DNA of 64,000 nt from assembly GCA_044892525.1 (NCBI GenBank), contig CM097885.1, forward strand, positions 6,512,001 to 6,576,000. Reading direction: 5' to 3'. A model generated the notes under the pieces. It did not search any database and had not been told where the DNA came from. It saw only the letters and a list, made by a program, of their open reading frames with translations. The position numbers and the translations under genes are program-made. Source of the DNA: Schmidtea polychroa. Taxonomy: Eukaryota. Shown one piece after another: positions 12,012 to 24,219 of the stretch; position 1 is the stretch's first letter; every line of letters begins with the position of its first letter.

Positions 12012-13507
12012 TTATTCAATTCTGCACCTGAGCAGCAATTTATCACTTTTGGCTGCTAATTTATAGATTGAGTTTTCACCATAATAAATCCAAATTGGAA
12101 TATTTCTGTCATTTGACGGTTTCCCCCATCCATTACGCTTGCTCATAAATGTCATTGGCTTGCTCATAAATGTCATTGACATGCTCATAAATGTCATTGA
12201 CTTGCTCATATAAATGCTGCCATTTGCTGGATCGATCACATCGATTGTCACCAATTGTTTGAACGGCCAATCCAATTGCTCATCATTTACCCCACGCATG
12301 AAACAGAAACCAGCTGAAATAAACAAATTACCCCAAATGCGCACCGCCAAGCACATTTTGTAACCGATTGGCCCGGAATAAAATGCCTCGCTGTAAATCC
12401 ATTCATCTTCCTTTTGTTGTGATAATTTATCGATTTGCCATTCAAAAAATCCATAATTTATATATTTTTTATTTGGTAATTTTCTTTTAATGGGCCGAAT
12501 ATCATTGGCGCATTTCGCCATTTCAAGTTGCAACTGAATCTCAAATTCAAACATTTCAGTAAATCAATAAATCACCTTTTCATTCTTCTGTTGCAGCTGC
12601 TGGTCGCATTTCTCTTTCATTTCATCAATTTGCTGTTGATATCTTGATTCAATAACCTCAATTTGCTGTCTGATCTGCTTTGCATCAATGAAAATTCAAT
12701 AACAAATCAAATCAATAATCAAACTTGATTGATTGATCCAATATTTGTCTCCATCTCCATTCTCAATGAGCGATTTTCATTCTTCACTGCAACCATTTCC
12801 TCATTCAATTCTTCTATTTCCTCTCTGTTCTCCGCCTCTTTCCTTTCAATATTGCACAATTTCACCTACAATCATAAATATCAATTAAATCAATTACAAA
12901 TAAAATATACATTGATATTATCAAATTGTTGTTTGAATTGCGTCATTTCTCCTTTCAATTCGATAATTTCGTTACGCAATTTCATATTCTGATCTCTCAT
13001 TGCTTGCATCTCATTGCATAAATTACTGATCTGATCAATCAATAATTTGCTGTGGCCTTCATTGTTCTCATTGAGATGGGCTTTCAATTTGTCTTTTACC
13101 ACCTCATTCATTTCACATCCAATTCTATTGAATGGGCATCTGATTGGCTGCTTGTTGCATGTTCTCATGTGGCTCTCCATCATGCACAACTCGGTTTTGA
13201 ATTCACAATTTTGCATTGGACATTTTACAATAACTTCAGATATTTTTAAATTCACTGAATGATCCACAGAAACATCTTTAGTGAAAAGAATCGTTAGAAC
13301 TTCACAATATTTTGCTGCTCCTGGACAGAATTTATCTTTTCCTTCCAAATAATGCTCAATGCAATCAGAACAAAAGTGACACCCGCAAGGAGCTTGGCAA
13401 GCTTTTATCATTAAACATTTGCATATTCTGCACATCAAATCATTGCTGATTTCATTATCAAATTCAAATTTATTTCTCTTCATCATTTCCCATATGCTTG
13501 AAAACAT
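12012..13507 (-). CDS. TRAF-like protein (RING, 2 TRAF-type Zn fingers, coiled coil, MATH/TRAF-C), about 452 aa; exons 13507-12911, 12865-12725, 12674-12576, 12533-12012
   Basis: RING CRIC..CGCHFCSDC..CP, Zn fingers CPMQNC..H..C and CPFNRIGC..H..H, MATH motifs FYSGPIGYKMCL and MRGVNDEQLDWPF. GT-AG introns of 45, 50 and 42 nt, all phase 0, give an open frame. Alternative start at 13537. Confidence 0.92.
12138..12210 (-). repeat. In-frame 21-bp tandem repeat (3.5 units) in MATH exon
   Basis: cttgctcataaatgtcattg(g/a) units encode MSKSMTF-MSMSMTF-MSKPMTF-MSK; absent from the paralogue. Confidence 0.95.
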
Positions 13508-16500
13508 TTTATCTAAAATTAACAAAATTTTCAACATTTTACAATTTTCACAAATTATACTTATTATATTAATTATTTCTGACGTTTACAATTTCAATAT
13601 TTATAATTTGTATTTTAATGTAGATAAACAAACAATTTATAAATATTGTATTTTAGCTTTGAGTGTAATTCGAAATTTTATTAATGTTAATTTTCATTGT
13701 TTTTTTATTTTAAATCTTACAAAATTATTTAAATTAAAATTTGATAACAAAAAGTAAAATTTTGATGGAAATTTAAATAACTTTTTTAAAGAGAAAATCA
13801 AAATTAAAAATAGGTCAAAATATAAAAATTAATATTTTTCATAAAAATTTAAAAAATTTTATCTAAATTTAGAATTTATTTGAACAGATTAGAAAGAAAT
13901 TCAAAATCATCAGAGCAAAAATAGAAATTTAACAAAAAATCAATATTTTTAATTCAAATACTTTTTAACAAAATAACAAAAAATTTTCATTCAATTTTTA
14001 AAAAAAATGATATGAATAAAATTTTACTCTGTAACGCTAAGCAGGTTAATAATGTATTCAGGAATTATGGGGTTTTAGCCTTTGATCTAATGATCTCGTT
14101 ATGGTTATAAATATTGGGAATGATCCACAATTGGATAAGGATATTTCAATGATCGAAAAGTTAGAATATAGTAAAATAAATAAATCAATAAACCTAATAT
14201 GTGAAAATGTTAAAAGTCGAAATATTTTGTCAGACTCGAATGTTTCAAATCAATATTTGTGAAAATAAATAAATTATTAAAACATTCATAAATCATAATT
14301 ATAAATAATAGTTATTTCCTCTTAATTTTGAAATTTCTATATTTAAAATGTTTTTATAGATAAACAGATATTTTATAAATATTGGTTTTTTAATGTTAAT
14401 TTTTCAGTGTTTTTCGAATTTATTTGTAACTTAATTTCCAAAATTTTGTAAAAAAATAACATTAATATTTTTTTTTAAATCCAAGAAAATTATTTAAATC
14501 AATATTGTTATTGAAAATGTTTTTGATAAGAATTTTTTAATAGCAAATTTTTAAAAAGATTTTGACTACAAAATGAAATGTGCCCAAATGTCATTTATAA
14601 GTTAAGTAAACAATCCAACAAACCATAATTAATAACCACCAGAATCTAAGAGATCAATTAAAGAAAAACACGAGATTCATTCATGCGCATCCAACAGTAA
14701 GGATTTTATTTATGGATTTTATATTTATGTTTGGTAAATCGATATGCAAATTTCTTTAATTTTTACATTTTACTTCCTTGAATTCATACAATTAATAATT
14801 TTCACTAGAGCAGGTCACAGGCATTGAGAGAAGTGAAACATTTAGGTTACGAAACGAACTCATATCATGACCAAAAATTCCGAATTTTGTTTTTTAATGA
14901 TATAAAAATGAAACTAAAATTTAGTTTTGAATTTCAGAGTGAGTTGAGATAGAATCGTATGACACTATGAAACCCAGGAATTGTTCACTGAGACGCAGAA
15001 AATATATGCCAAGAAAGAGTTTAGACTAGAAGAGAGTGAGTTAGATATTGATCGTGAATATAGACGAATGATATTTGGAGGCAGCGGCGTTAACATCAAT
15101 CAGGAATGAGTGGTGCAACTACTGTGATAGCTGATATAGCCGTGCTGTGGGGCCCGACCGACCATAAAAAACAAAAATCATGACAAGTTTAGCACGTGCA
15201 GCCAGTCAGAAGGACGTGATGAGATGCAATAAATTTCTAGTTACGAAATTAACATTATTGACATTACAAACGAAATTCGATTGTTGTTTAGCTGTTCTTC
15301 ATAATATATTATGAATATGTTCTTACTGTACATTCTGTTTTGTGCGTAACATGAAGTCAATTGTTTATTTGGTAAATGCCTGTTATACGATGTTTTAAAT
15401 TAATTAAATTAAAAACTCATTAAAATGTTTAAAAGTGCACGCTTCAATTTTCTGTTGTTGTTTTATTATAGGTTGATTAGAATTATTTAGTTTACTAGAA
15501 ACCTTATTTATTGGGCAAATCATTTCCTGAAACCAGTGAAACCCAATTATCAGCCCAATTCACAATAAGTAGAACATCATTTATAACATTAATTAAAAAT
15601 AGAATCATTGAAAGGAACATTGGAATTATCTGATGCATTATCAAAATCAATCCAATGGTAAATTTCATTCTCAACCGAAGCAGGCATCGAAATTTCTGCT
15701 TTTCATTTGATGTATTTCGCGCTTGAAACTTCGGATTTCGTTTTGGCTGGGCAACAACTTGACCAAGCGGGAATTTTCATTTAAATCATGTTCAATATTT
15801 AAATATTTGAATATTCAAACAAATAAAACAGCTGTTATAGAAAATAGAACATATTTGCTAATCAATCACGCGTTTCTCTTTATTAATTATAACAAAGCTG
15901 CAATTCATACCGCACTGATATCATTGATCAAGACGGGGAGCGGCAGTAATGGACCCGCAGAGAGCATGATGGGGCGAGTAGGTGTAAGACAGCAGCTCAC
16001 CTCCCTCCTTGCTCTCAATGACAATATACAGCACCAACATGGCAGCTGTCATGGTTACATTGATTAGATTCATGACATTTGGATAAGTTTTATTTAGTTA
16101 TATTTATCTTGCTTTTTTAATTGGCTAAGAAATAAATTAAAGTTTATAACAATGATAAATTTGATATTTCTCCTGATTAAAAATAAATATGAGATTAGAA
16201 TAACTTATCTAGTTATTCGGATATAGTCAGATCTGCTGCTGGTGCTCAGGCAATGAAATCAATATCGCTGGAGTTTCAAGTTCATTTAAACAAGAATTAA
16301 GTGCAGCATGGGTTCAATGGGTAAATTTCGCCAGGACGTGACGCGCTACACAGCGAGGTTTTGGTTAGGAAGCGCAGAAGGCTCGAGTGGAGGAGCAAGG
16401 AATCATTCGTGATCGCAAGATCACGATCCCAGAGCAGACACAGCAGGTTATCGAGTTGCGTCGGTGGATCCACACGGGCACAGGAGTTGGTCGAGCAGAG

Positions 16501-17627
16501 CCGGCGCTACTATTAAGGCAAACTAGGCGGTCCCTAGGGCGCTATCCAGAGAGGGGTGATAAAATGTGAAATCGCAATTATTAATTAGGCACAGGGTAAT
16601 ATAATTAGATAATTATTGTATTTAATATAAACCTTTTAATTTCGAACATTACAGATGGTAAACTAATTTTAATGTTGATTTAGAGATCGCTCCAGCGCAT
16701 GACGCGGCGTTCTGAGCCATTTTGATTTTTAATTCTGCCGAGAACCGTTATTGTTTGTGTATCACAATTTGTATCGCACACAGCGAAATACAAACAGTCG
16801 CAGTAAACACACAACAGTTATAGTTTATTGATAATTACAGGTTTACTGATAAGTGTAATTTTGTGCATTATTAGAAAAATAATTGAGTCAGTGAAGTTAC
16901 GTGCAGTAAATTTGATTTTGTTATCCTTCATACGACAAAGCATTAAACACTTCTTTGCTGGTAAGTTTAATAGCAAATATTAATTTGTTGTATTAAAATA
17001 ATTAAATATTATTTATATTGGGACATTAGTGCTTTTAAAATGTCATCAAAAAAGCCATCCGGATTTCAAATTCGTAAGCGCAAAACTCTCAGAGCTGAAG
17101 AGCGTGCGAATGAAAGTGGTTGACTGTTAAAGTGTTTCAAATCAAGTCTTGATGTTTCAGCCAACAGCGACTTGGATAGATGTGTAGGACAATCAGATGT
17201 ACAACAAAATATGTCAGATCACGCGGATGAAGGTATTTCATAAAAAGAAGAAAATAAAAGAGAAGGTGTTTCATAGTTTGATATTTTGATGCAAACCGAA
17301 AGTTCACATGAAATTAAATCCAGTACCAGTGCCAGGATTAATTATGTAGATTACAATGACCCATAAAACTGGGCTGACTATTGTAATGATAATTTTCGTC
17401 AGATTTTATTACAAAATTCAACAAATCAAATTATTACACATAATTTTCCAAAAGATTCCAAAAATCGAAGATTTTCTCCAATTCACTATAAGGGAAAACT
17501 AGCCAATGGTGAAGAAGTATACCGTTCACAGTTGATATATTCAACTATAAAATATACGGTTTTTTGTTTTTGCTGCAAGTTATTTAACAAAACAGCTCGT
17601 CAATTCTAGAAAAATCAGGATCAAAAG

Positions 17628-20600
17628 CAGGGGCCTGCCGAAGTGACTTTTTTGCCGAAGTCCGAAGTCGAATCAAATGTCTGGTGCGCGAAAATAATTT
17701 ACGGACCTGTACCTACTGCAATGACCTACGGCGATTCAAGACGCATATTATACCAAGAAAGGAATCAACGCTAACCAAAATTATAATAAATTGTAATAAC
17801 TACCTTTTATTATCAACAGTTATTTAAAAAATGTAACATTATTGATAATTTTGATATTATTTTTATTAATAATTAATAAAATGAATCATATCAATAAAAC
17901 TAAAAAAATTATACAATGGGTGATAATACAAGATATTGAGAAGTGTTCATTTTGTTGTCTTTTGAAACATGGATGTAAATTATATAACATAGATCTGTTA
18001 GCAACAAGCAAAGTAACGTGAAACGAAAAAATAAAAAAATACATGTGTTTATATAAATATATACATCTTGTCCGATGAGTTAATAGAATTCATTAGTTTA
18101 TTAGTAGTCAAAACGGACCACATCGAGATTTTTCATTAAAAATAGAAGCATCTCAGTTTTTGCTGGTGTTAACTTTGATCGACGGTCATCGCATATAAGA
18201 CCAGCCAAACTGAAGGTTCTTTCACTATCCACGCTGGAAGGAGGAGAAGCACAGAATTGTTTGGCGACCAGTGCAAGTTGAGGATATGTGTATTGCCTTG
18301 ATTTCCAATATTCTATTGGATCTTTTGGAGGTGAGTGTCGTTGGTTGCACGCTTCCGTTAAATATGCATCGAGCTGTTGTTGGAGATTACCGGAATCTGT
18401 AAAGTTGGATTGTGTAGCTCCAAGCATGTCGTCGTAGTAGCTATCCAAAGCAGATGTGGCTGATGAAGATGATGTGGAAGGTGTTGGGCCTGCTGGCACT
18501 TCATCACGCGAGTTGTCCGTCGACGATACAGCATTCATTGCATTCGCGTTAAAGAGACGAAGCTTGTACACTAGATCCAAAGCAGTAGATATTTTCAACG
18601 TTAGCATACCTGCGGCTGAGATCCGCAAGCATTTCAGCACGCATTGTTTGAATGCAGAGGTCGTCACCCTCCTTTGCTGGTCTCGTCAAAACTGCCTGAA
18701 GTACACGCACACTTGGAATAATCATTCCACTTGTTGCAGTTGACAAACTAGCATTCCGCGTTTCCTCTTCAAATGGACGCAATGTCGACACGACCCTTTC
18801 GATTAATTTCCACTGATTGTTTGTCAGATTGGTGACTTCGTTGTCTTGGAGATAGAGAGCTATTGCTTTTCTCTGTTCGATCAAACGTTCCAACATATAA
18901 AACGTGGAGTTCCTCCTTGTCTGTACATCTTGTATCAGGCGGTGGACGGGATATGGGTTTCCGGCAGCATCCGGCTGAAAAGAATTTTGAATCTCTTCCA
19001 GTCGATCATTGGCTAATGGTGAATGCCGGAAGTGGGTTACAATGTTGCGGGAAGCTGCAACTGCATCAATGACAGCCTTTTGCGTCTTCTTTAATCCTGC
19101 ACCCAACTAACTGAATCGTGTGTATGTAGCAGCCTAGATCTGATAAGCCTGCAACACTAGCGGCCTTCACCATGCTTGACCCGTTATCGCGAACGAAGGT
19201 TCCACGTCTGCCTGCATCAATGTCCCATTCATTCAACAATTCCAATATGGTATCTCCAATCAGCTTACCGGTGTGATGTCCGTTGATTCCTCGAAGTGCC
19301 AGCACCACAAATTTGCGTTCCCAATTGTTGTCGATCCAGTGTGCTGTCAAAGAGAGGAATCCATTTAGGCTGTTGGTGGTTGTCCACACATCACTCGTGA
19401 AGCACAGAAGTTTAGCATCTCCGATGAGATTCTTGACTTTCGACTTCACTGCAGCAAACATGTCCGGTATGATTGTTCTTGAGAAATAAGTCTCGTCTGG
19501 AATGACGTATCTGGGCACCAATTGATGCAGAACACGTTGGAATCCTTCGTCACTGACAATCGAAAATGGCTGACTATCCAAGGCTATCATCTCACCAATT
19601 AGTTTCGTTATGAGGATCTGACGAGGATGGCCCGATTCAAATGGACGTGTACGTTCAATACATGCATCCAGAGTTTGTAGCTTTGGCTTCTTAGCTGCGG
19701 CATTGAGTTGATTTTCTTCCTCTTCAGCTTGTCGTTTCTTTGCAGAATCACACGCCTGTGAATATTCTTTGTACTTGTCCGGATGTTTAGAACGTAGGTG
19801 GTTGATTAATGTTGTTGTTCCGTATGATCTTGGATCCTTGCCGCCACGTTTCATTTTCATTCTACATGTCCCACAGTTAGCAAAAGATTCATCCACAGCG
19901 TTGATTTCAAAGAAATTCCAAATTTTACTTCTCATAGCATTAGCCATATTTATTTAATTTCATTTATTTTTAATATTTAAATCTAATTTATTAATTTTGT
20001 TGAAGAAATATATTTAAAATTTTCGATTTCAAATTTGATGGGCTTTTATATATATTATGTACACTGGGGAGGGGTATGGAGCTATGGAGATTTTCGCATG
20101 TGATGATGTGGAAAGTGAATCGGATGCTCAACTGGCAGTTCTGCTCAGTCTAATATTTTACCTAATGAATAAACACACAATTTTATGACAGAAAAATGAC
20201 ACAATTATTTCTATATAATTTTATAATAAGTATTATTGTCGATAAAGTCGATAGGTACGGTATACGAACATCATCGTGCATGACATTGACATATGCACTC
20301 GGTTGAACTGCATACACGCGCGTGGCATCTTGTGGTGCTTCCATCAGGCATGCAATAAGATTGAAGAGTCAACATACAGAGACGATAGATGACATAATAA
20401 ATTTAAATGTGCTCAACATTAATTTAAATGTGTAGATTATGTGGTATTTCTCTCTTGACAGTAGTCAAGTCTAATAGTGCCCAAGCAATAAATTTCGTAC
20501 AGAGTAAAATTATTATTAGGCCTATTAGATTGCGATCGGTAATTGATTGTGGTATTACAGTAGCCTCAGCCTCGCAAGCCATGCCTATTCAAGCGCCTGC

Positions 20601-21016
20601 CCCCCGATATCGTGGCTCGAATCAATCGAGATTATGCTAAGAATAGTCAGAGATTGACGTATAGGGCTGCTATAGTGTAGAGAATAGAGATGCATGAACA
20701 TGAACGGCTATTGTGTACACAGCGACACAGCCACGGCTAGGCTAGACTTGTCAGTGTTCGTATGACATAGCCGTAGAAAGGAAAATCGATAGTAAAGAAA
20801 AATGAACAACAACAACTAAGATTTTATTTACTTTCATTGTTTGGGTGTCGCCATTAATTTTAATGTAAATAATCACGGAACAATAATAATTTATTATCGC
20901 TCAAGCAAAATTTCACTATTTGGATCGTACAGGGTCTATTGCCGAAGTCCGAAGTTTCCGAAGTGTTTGAACTTTGGTCCGAATCGAAGTTCAAATCGAA
21001 GTTCGGCAGGCCACTA
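17628..21016 (-). mobile_element. hAT transposon (BED-finger, ZBED1/ZBED4-like), near full length
   Basis: TIRs caggggcctgccgaagt and (revcomp) tagtggcctgccgaact, with subterminal ccgaag repeats at both ends. No matching 8-bp TSD. Confidence 0.9.
18101..19947 (-). pseudogene. hAT transposase, two frameshifts (about 19100 and 18590)
   Basis: BED finger (IWNFF..CGTC..LINHLRSKH), TSDVWT, RDNGSSM, CYIH, QDVQTRRNSTFYML and hATC SSVDSERTFS, split over three overlapping ORFs. Confidence 0.92.
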
Positions 21017-23249
21017 GCGACAGATTCTATTTACCATTTTCCTTTTCCTCTACGTTTGCTTATATTGTGGCACTCAAGATAATCAAGTGTTTTCCGACTT
21101 TCTTTCTCCTGCTATCCCCGACTGTTTCATTTTTATCTCTGACGGCTGTCAAGTTATTTTCCCTTTTTACTTTTTTGTTCACCCGCCTTTCCGTAGCAAT
21201 CTGCTATCACTGACAAGCTGTCGAGATAAGAGTATTGCTGTTTTTTCTATTTTCCCTATTTCGAAATTCCTTTTCCTTTTTGTACTAATTTATTAGTACT
21301 GACCTTGGTTTTTATTTTCTTGTTCAATTTCTTTTGTTCCCGCAGCCTGTCATCATAAGATGTGCTCCTCTATATAGCACAGCAAAAATTTGAAGATTGT
21401 GTACCAAATGTTGTTGTTTCCTTGAGAATATTATTAGCACTTGCAGTGTCCGTAGCTAGTGGAGAACGCAGGTTTTCAAAATTGGAATTAATTAAAAGTT
21501 GCTTGCGTTCAACTATATCGCAAAGCAGGCTTGTGGACTTGGCAGCAATTTCAATGGAATCTGATTGATTACGCTTTGACACTGGGATTGAAGGAATTAG
21601 TAGAAAATTTGGCGAGGAAGAAGGCAAGGAAAATTAAATTTTAATTTTGCAACATTTATGCAATCGATAATAAATTAATGTGTCACTTTAAATTTATTGT
21701 TTTCTTATATATATTTATTTCTTTATTAATTTGTGTGAAAGGGGGCGTTTTGATAAGTTTTGCCTAGGTCGATAAATAAGCTGGCGCCGGCCCTTATCTC
21801 AGGAACTCCAGCGGCGCTCCGGTCACCAAGCAGCTATGTAACCCAGGCCCAGCAAGTACGATAGAAATAAGATGGGGAGAATTAAGAACGGAAAAGAATG
21901 TCAAGCATGAGAAATGATAAGGCACCGAATGAAACCTCCTGATTAATATTTATTTATATTTTGCGCTTTCTATCTAAATGGCTTGCTGCAATTTATAATT
22001 AAGCGTTTAATTTTGCTGTTTTCTTTCATATTTGATTATCTGGGTGAATTTAAGCAACTGATTAAATGTGGCAGATTCCTTCACTGAGAGGCAGCCATAA
22101 TAAATTCGATAGGTTACAAACCTATAATCAAGCAAGGTAACGTACCAATTTCTGTTTCGGGGCCAAAGGTAATTTATATTCCTAAAATAATCTGGAAATC
22201 GAATATGAATTGATTTAATATAAAACTCAATGCAAATTGTATCAAATGAATAACTGTGTAATATGAACAGCTACAATATAGCATGCTAACGGAATCACAG
22301 CTAATCCAGCAGGAAGCACCAATCAAGGTGGACAGCGACGAGCAACCGATTGGGTAAATCATAAATCAATGAAATGACTGAATATAATTTAGAAATTCGA
22401 CCAATAGAAAGAGAGAAACTAGCAAACTTAAATTGGCCTGCATAAATCGGAGCTTCAGTAATCATTCTGTTATTACTGTTTTCCTTCTTGGAAGCTCTCA
22501 GCAGGGAATTGCCAAGGTAAGCAGTAACCGATTTCTGGGTTAGCGCTATTACGGAATGCTTTGGGAAACACGCTCGTGTTACTCTTGTCACCCAGATCGG
22601 GCTGTTGGCGCAAATTATGGCCACCTTGATTATTGGATTAACTGGAATGCCTTGAGCAGTTCCTCGTTCGGGTTCGGCAGTTAGTTGAGTGGGGTAATAA
22701 TTGAGGCCCTTTGGTATGCTGGCCTGTGGGCATTTAGGGGTGCGTGCAGGCGGCCCTGTGGCGTGCTGGGACATGATTATGACAGGTTCGGGCTCCATCT
22801 GCATGCCGCAGCATGGATTGAAGCTTTCACCATTCGGCATGCGGGGGAGGGAGGGGGACAGATATAGGGCGGGTCCCTTCACCTGAGGCCCGTACAGCGG
22901 AGGCGGGTAACCCGTAAGGCTAGGAAACCCGGATGAGCGACATGGCGACCTGGAGGAGGACCCCACGCGGTAACCATGCTAGAATCTTTGTGTCACGAGG
23001 TGATCTGGATTCTAGCAACTGCTAGCAGGAAAGGCAAATTAAGCCAGGGCATTTTTGTGATAAAACAGCTTGTGGTTACAAATTAATTAATAAAAAATTT
23101 AATAATTAAAATATTAAATCAAAAATCTAATTACCTAATTATTTAAATGTAATTCTTGAGTAATATTATTGAACATAGAAAATAAATTGTAGAGAATTTC
23201 AGTAAATATTTCCTTTATATTATATTTTAAATAAATAAGTTAACGCTTT

Positions 23250-23725
23250 GATTTCTCTTTTCTGGAAATCATCTATAACAGCGATTAAACCAATAATAAG
23301 TATTTTACCATCAGCAAAATCTTCATCCGATCCTGATTCTATATCATCAAATAATTGAAATGCATCTTTATCTACAGGTTTAATCTCTCTTTTAGAAGGA
23401 TCTCGTTTAGCTATGATTTTGAGAATATTATATCAATGATTTATTACTGATTGCATTTAAATATAAATTTATTTCTTCATCTTTATTATTAGACGTTTAA
23501 AAGATTTCACCTAAAATTTAATATATTATGAATATTTAAACAATTCAAATCCAAGGATAATTTAATAAAATTAGAAAAAAGACTTTTATAATAAAATTTA
23601 CCAATTTCAAAATTTACAGATTTCTTATAATTTAATTTAAAGTATGGTGTGTATCACTCCAGTAAATACATTCAATCTTAATTCCTGAGATGCCTCTTTC
23701 AAACTTGCTTTAGCCAACAACTGCA
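23250..23725 (-). pseudogene. Possible decayed spliced host-gene fragment
   Basis: Exon-like pieces (IIAKRDPSKREIKPVDKDAFQLFDDIESGSDEDFAD) bounded by ag/gt sites; internal stops. Confidence 0.3.
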
Positions 23726-23900
23726 ACATTAAAACGTATGGTTCAAAGACATTACATTTCAAAATCGCAAACATAGAGCAAAACTTTCGAACGAACTTCG
23801 TTGTAGCAGATATAACTCACTCAATTCCTGGCGCCGATTTCGTAAGAAGCTTTTAATTTTTAATTGATAGTAAAAAGGCTAAGATCAACAATGCGGGAGA
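23725..23900 (+). mobile_element. Ty3/gypsy protease C-terminal fragment
   Basis: IKTYGSKTL...FVVADITHSIPGADFV matches the gypsy I.TYG..F..ADV..PILGADFL pattern. Confidence 0.65.
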
Positions 23901-24219
23901 AACGACAGAAACTGGAGAACCGTCTGCCCATGATAAAATTGATTATGAAGATGCCATACTTAATAGAGAGATACAAGAAACTTTAACGAATGAATCCAAA
24001 GGATGAAATAGAAAATATAGCTAAAACTAAAGATAGATGCTATGTCATGGATAAATTTAAAGGGAGGATGGAAAATACTGTATGATGAGAACTTAGTTGA
24101 GAGTACTAAAAAAAGCATAAAAGACAATACCACTGCGGAAGTAAATGATAGCGAAGAGACACTGAAAAATCTAGTAAATAGACAACTATGAAATCATATC
24201 AAAAAGAGAGAAAATCGAC

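Larger units (their letters stand above)
16496..21795 (+). mobile_element. hAT transposon (ZMYM1/TTF zinc finger type), decayed, centre replaced by nested insertion
   Basis: TIRs cagagccggcgc / gcgccggccctt. N-terminal remnant RRFSPIHY..LANGEEV.R..LIYS...TVFCFCCKLF (17040-17600) and hATC remnant PNVVVSLRILL..SVASGERRFSKL.LIKS.LRSTISQSRL (21362-21570). Confidence 0.85.
14800..22980 (+). pseudogene. Fragmented GC-elevated ORF remnant, candidate endogenous RNA-virus (toti-like capsid) element; segments about 14800-15230, 15890-16100, 16210-16495, 21796-22980
   Basis: Protein-like plus-strand frames with scattered stops, e.g. REYRRMIFGGSGVNINQ, STNMAAVMVTLIRF, KQELSAAWVQWVNFAR, YGHLDYWINWNALSSSSFG, EALWYAGLWAFRG. 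No evident introns. Family assignment is inference only. Confidence 0.4.

Noticed and set aside
12012..12533. Diversity-generating-retroelement mechanism for MATH variation (RT nearby)
   Set aside because: Differences are not adenine-restricted (GGG/TGG, CCG/CTT), no template repeat is seen, and the nearby RT is a decayed Penelope.
22301..22966. 221-aa minus-strand ORF
   Set aside because: No recognisable domain, non-ATG start; more likely the antisense shadow of the GC-rich plus-strand remnant.
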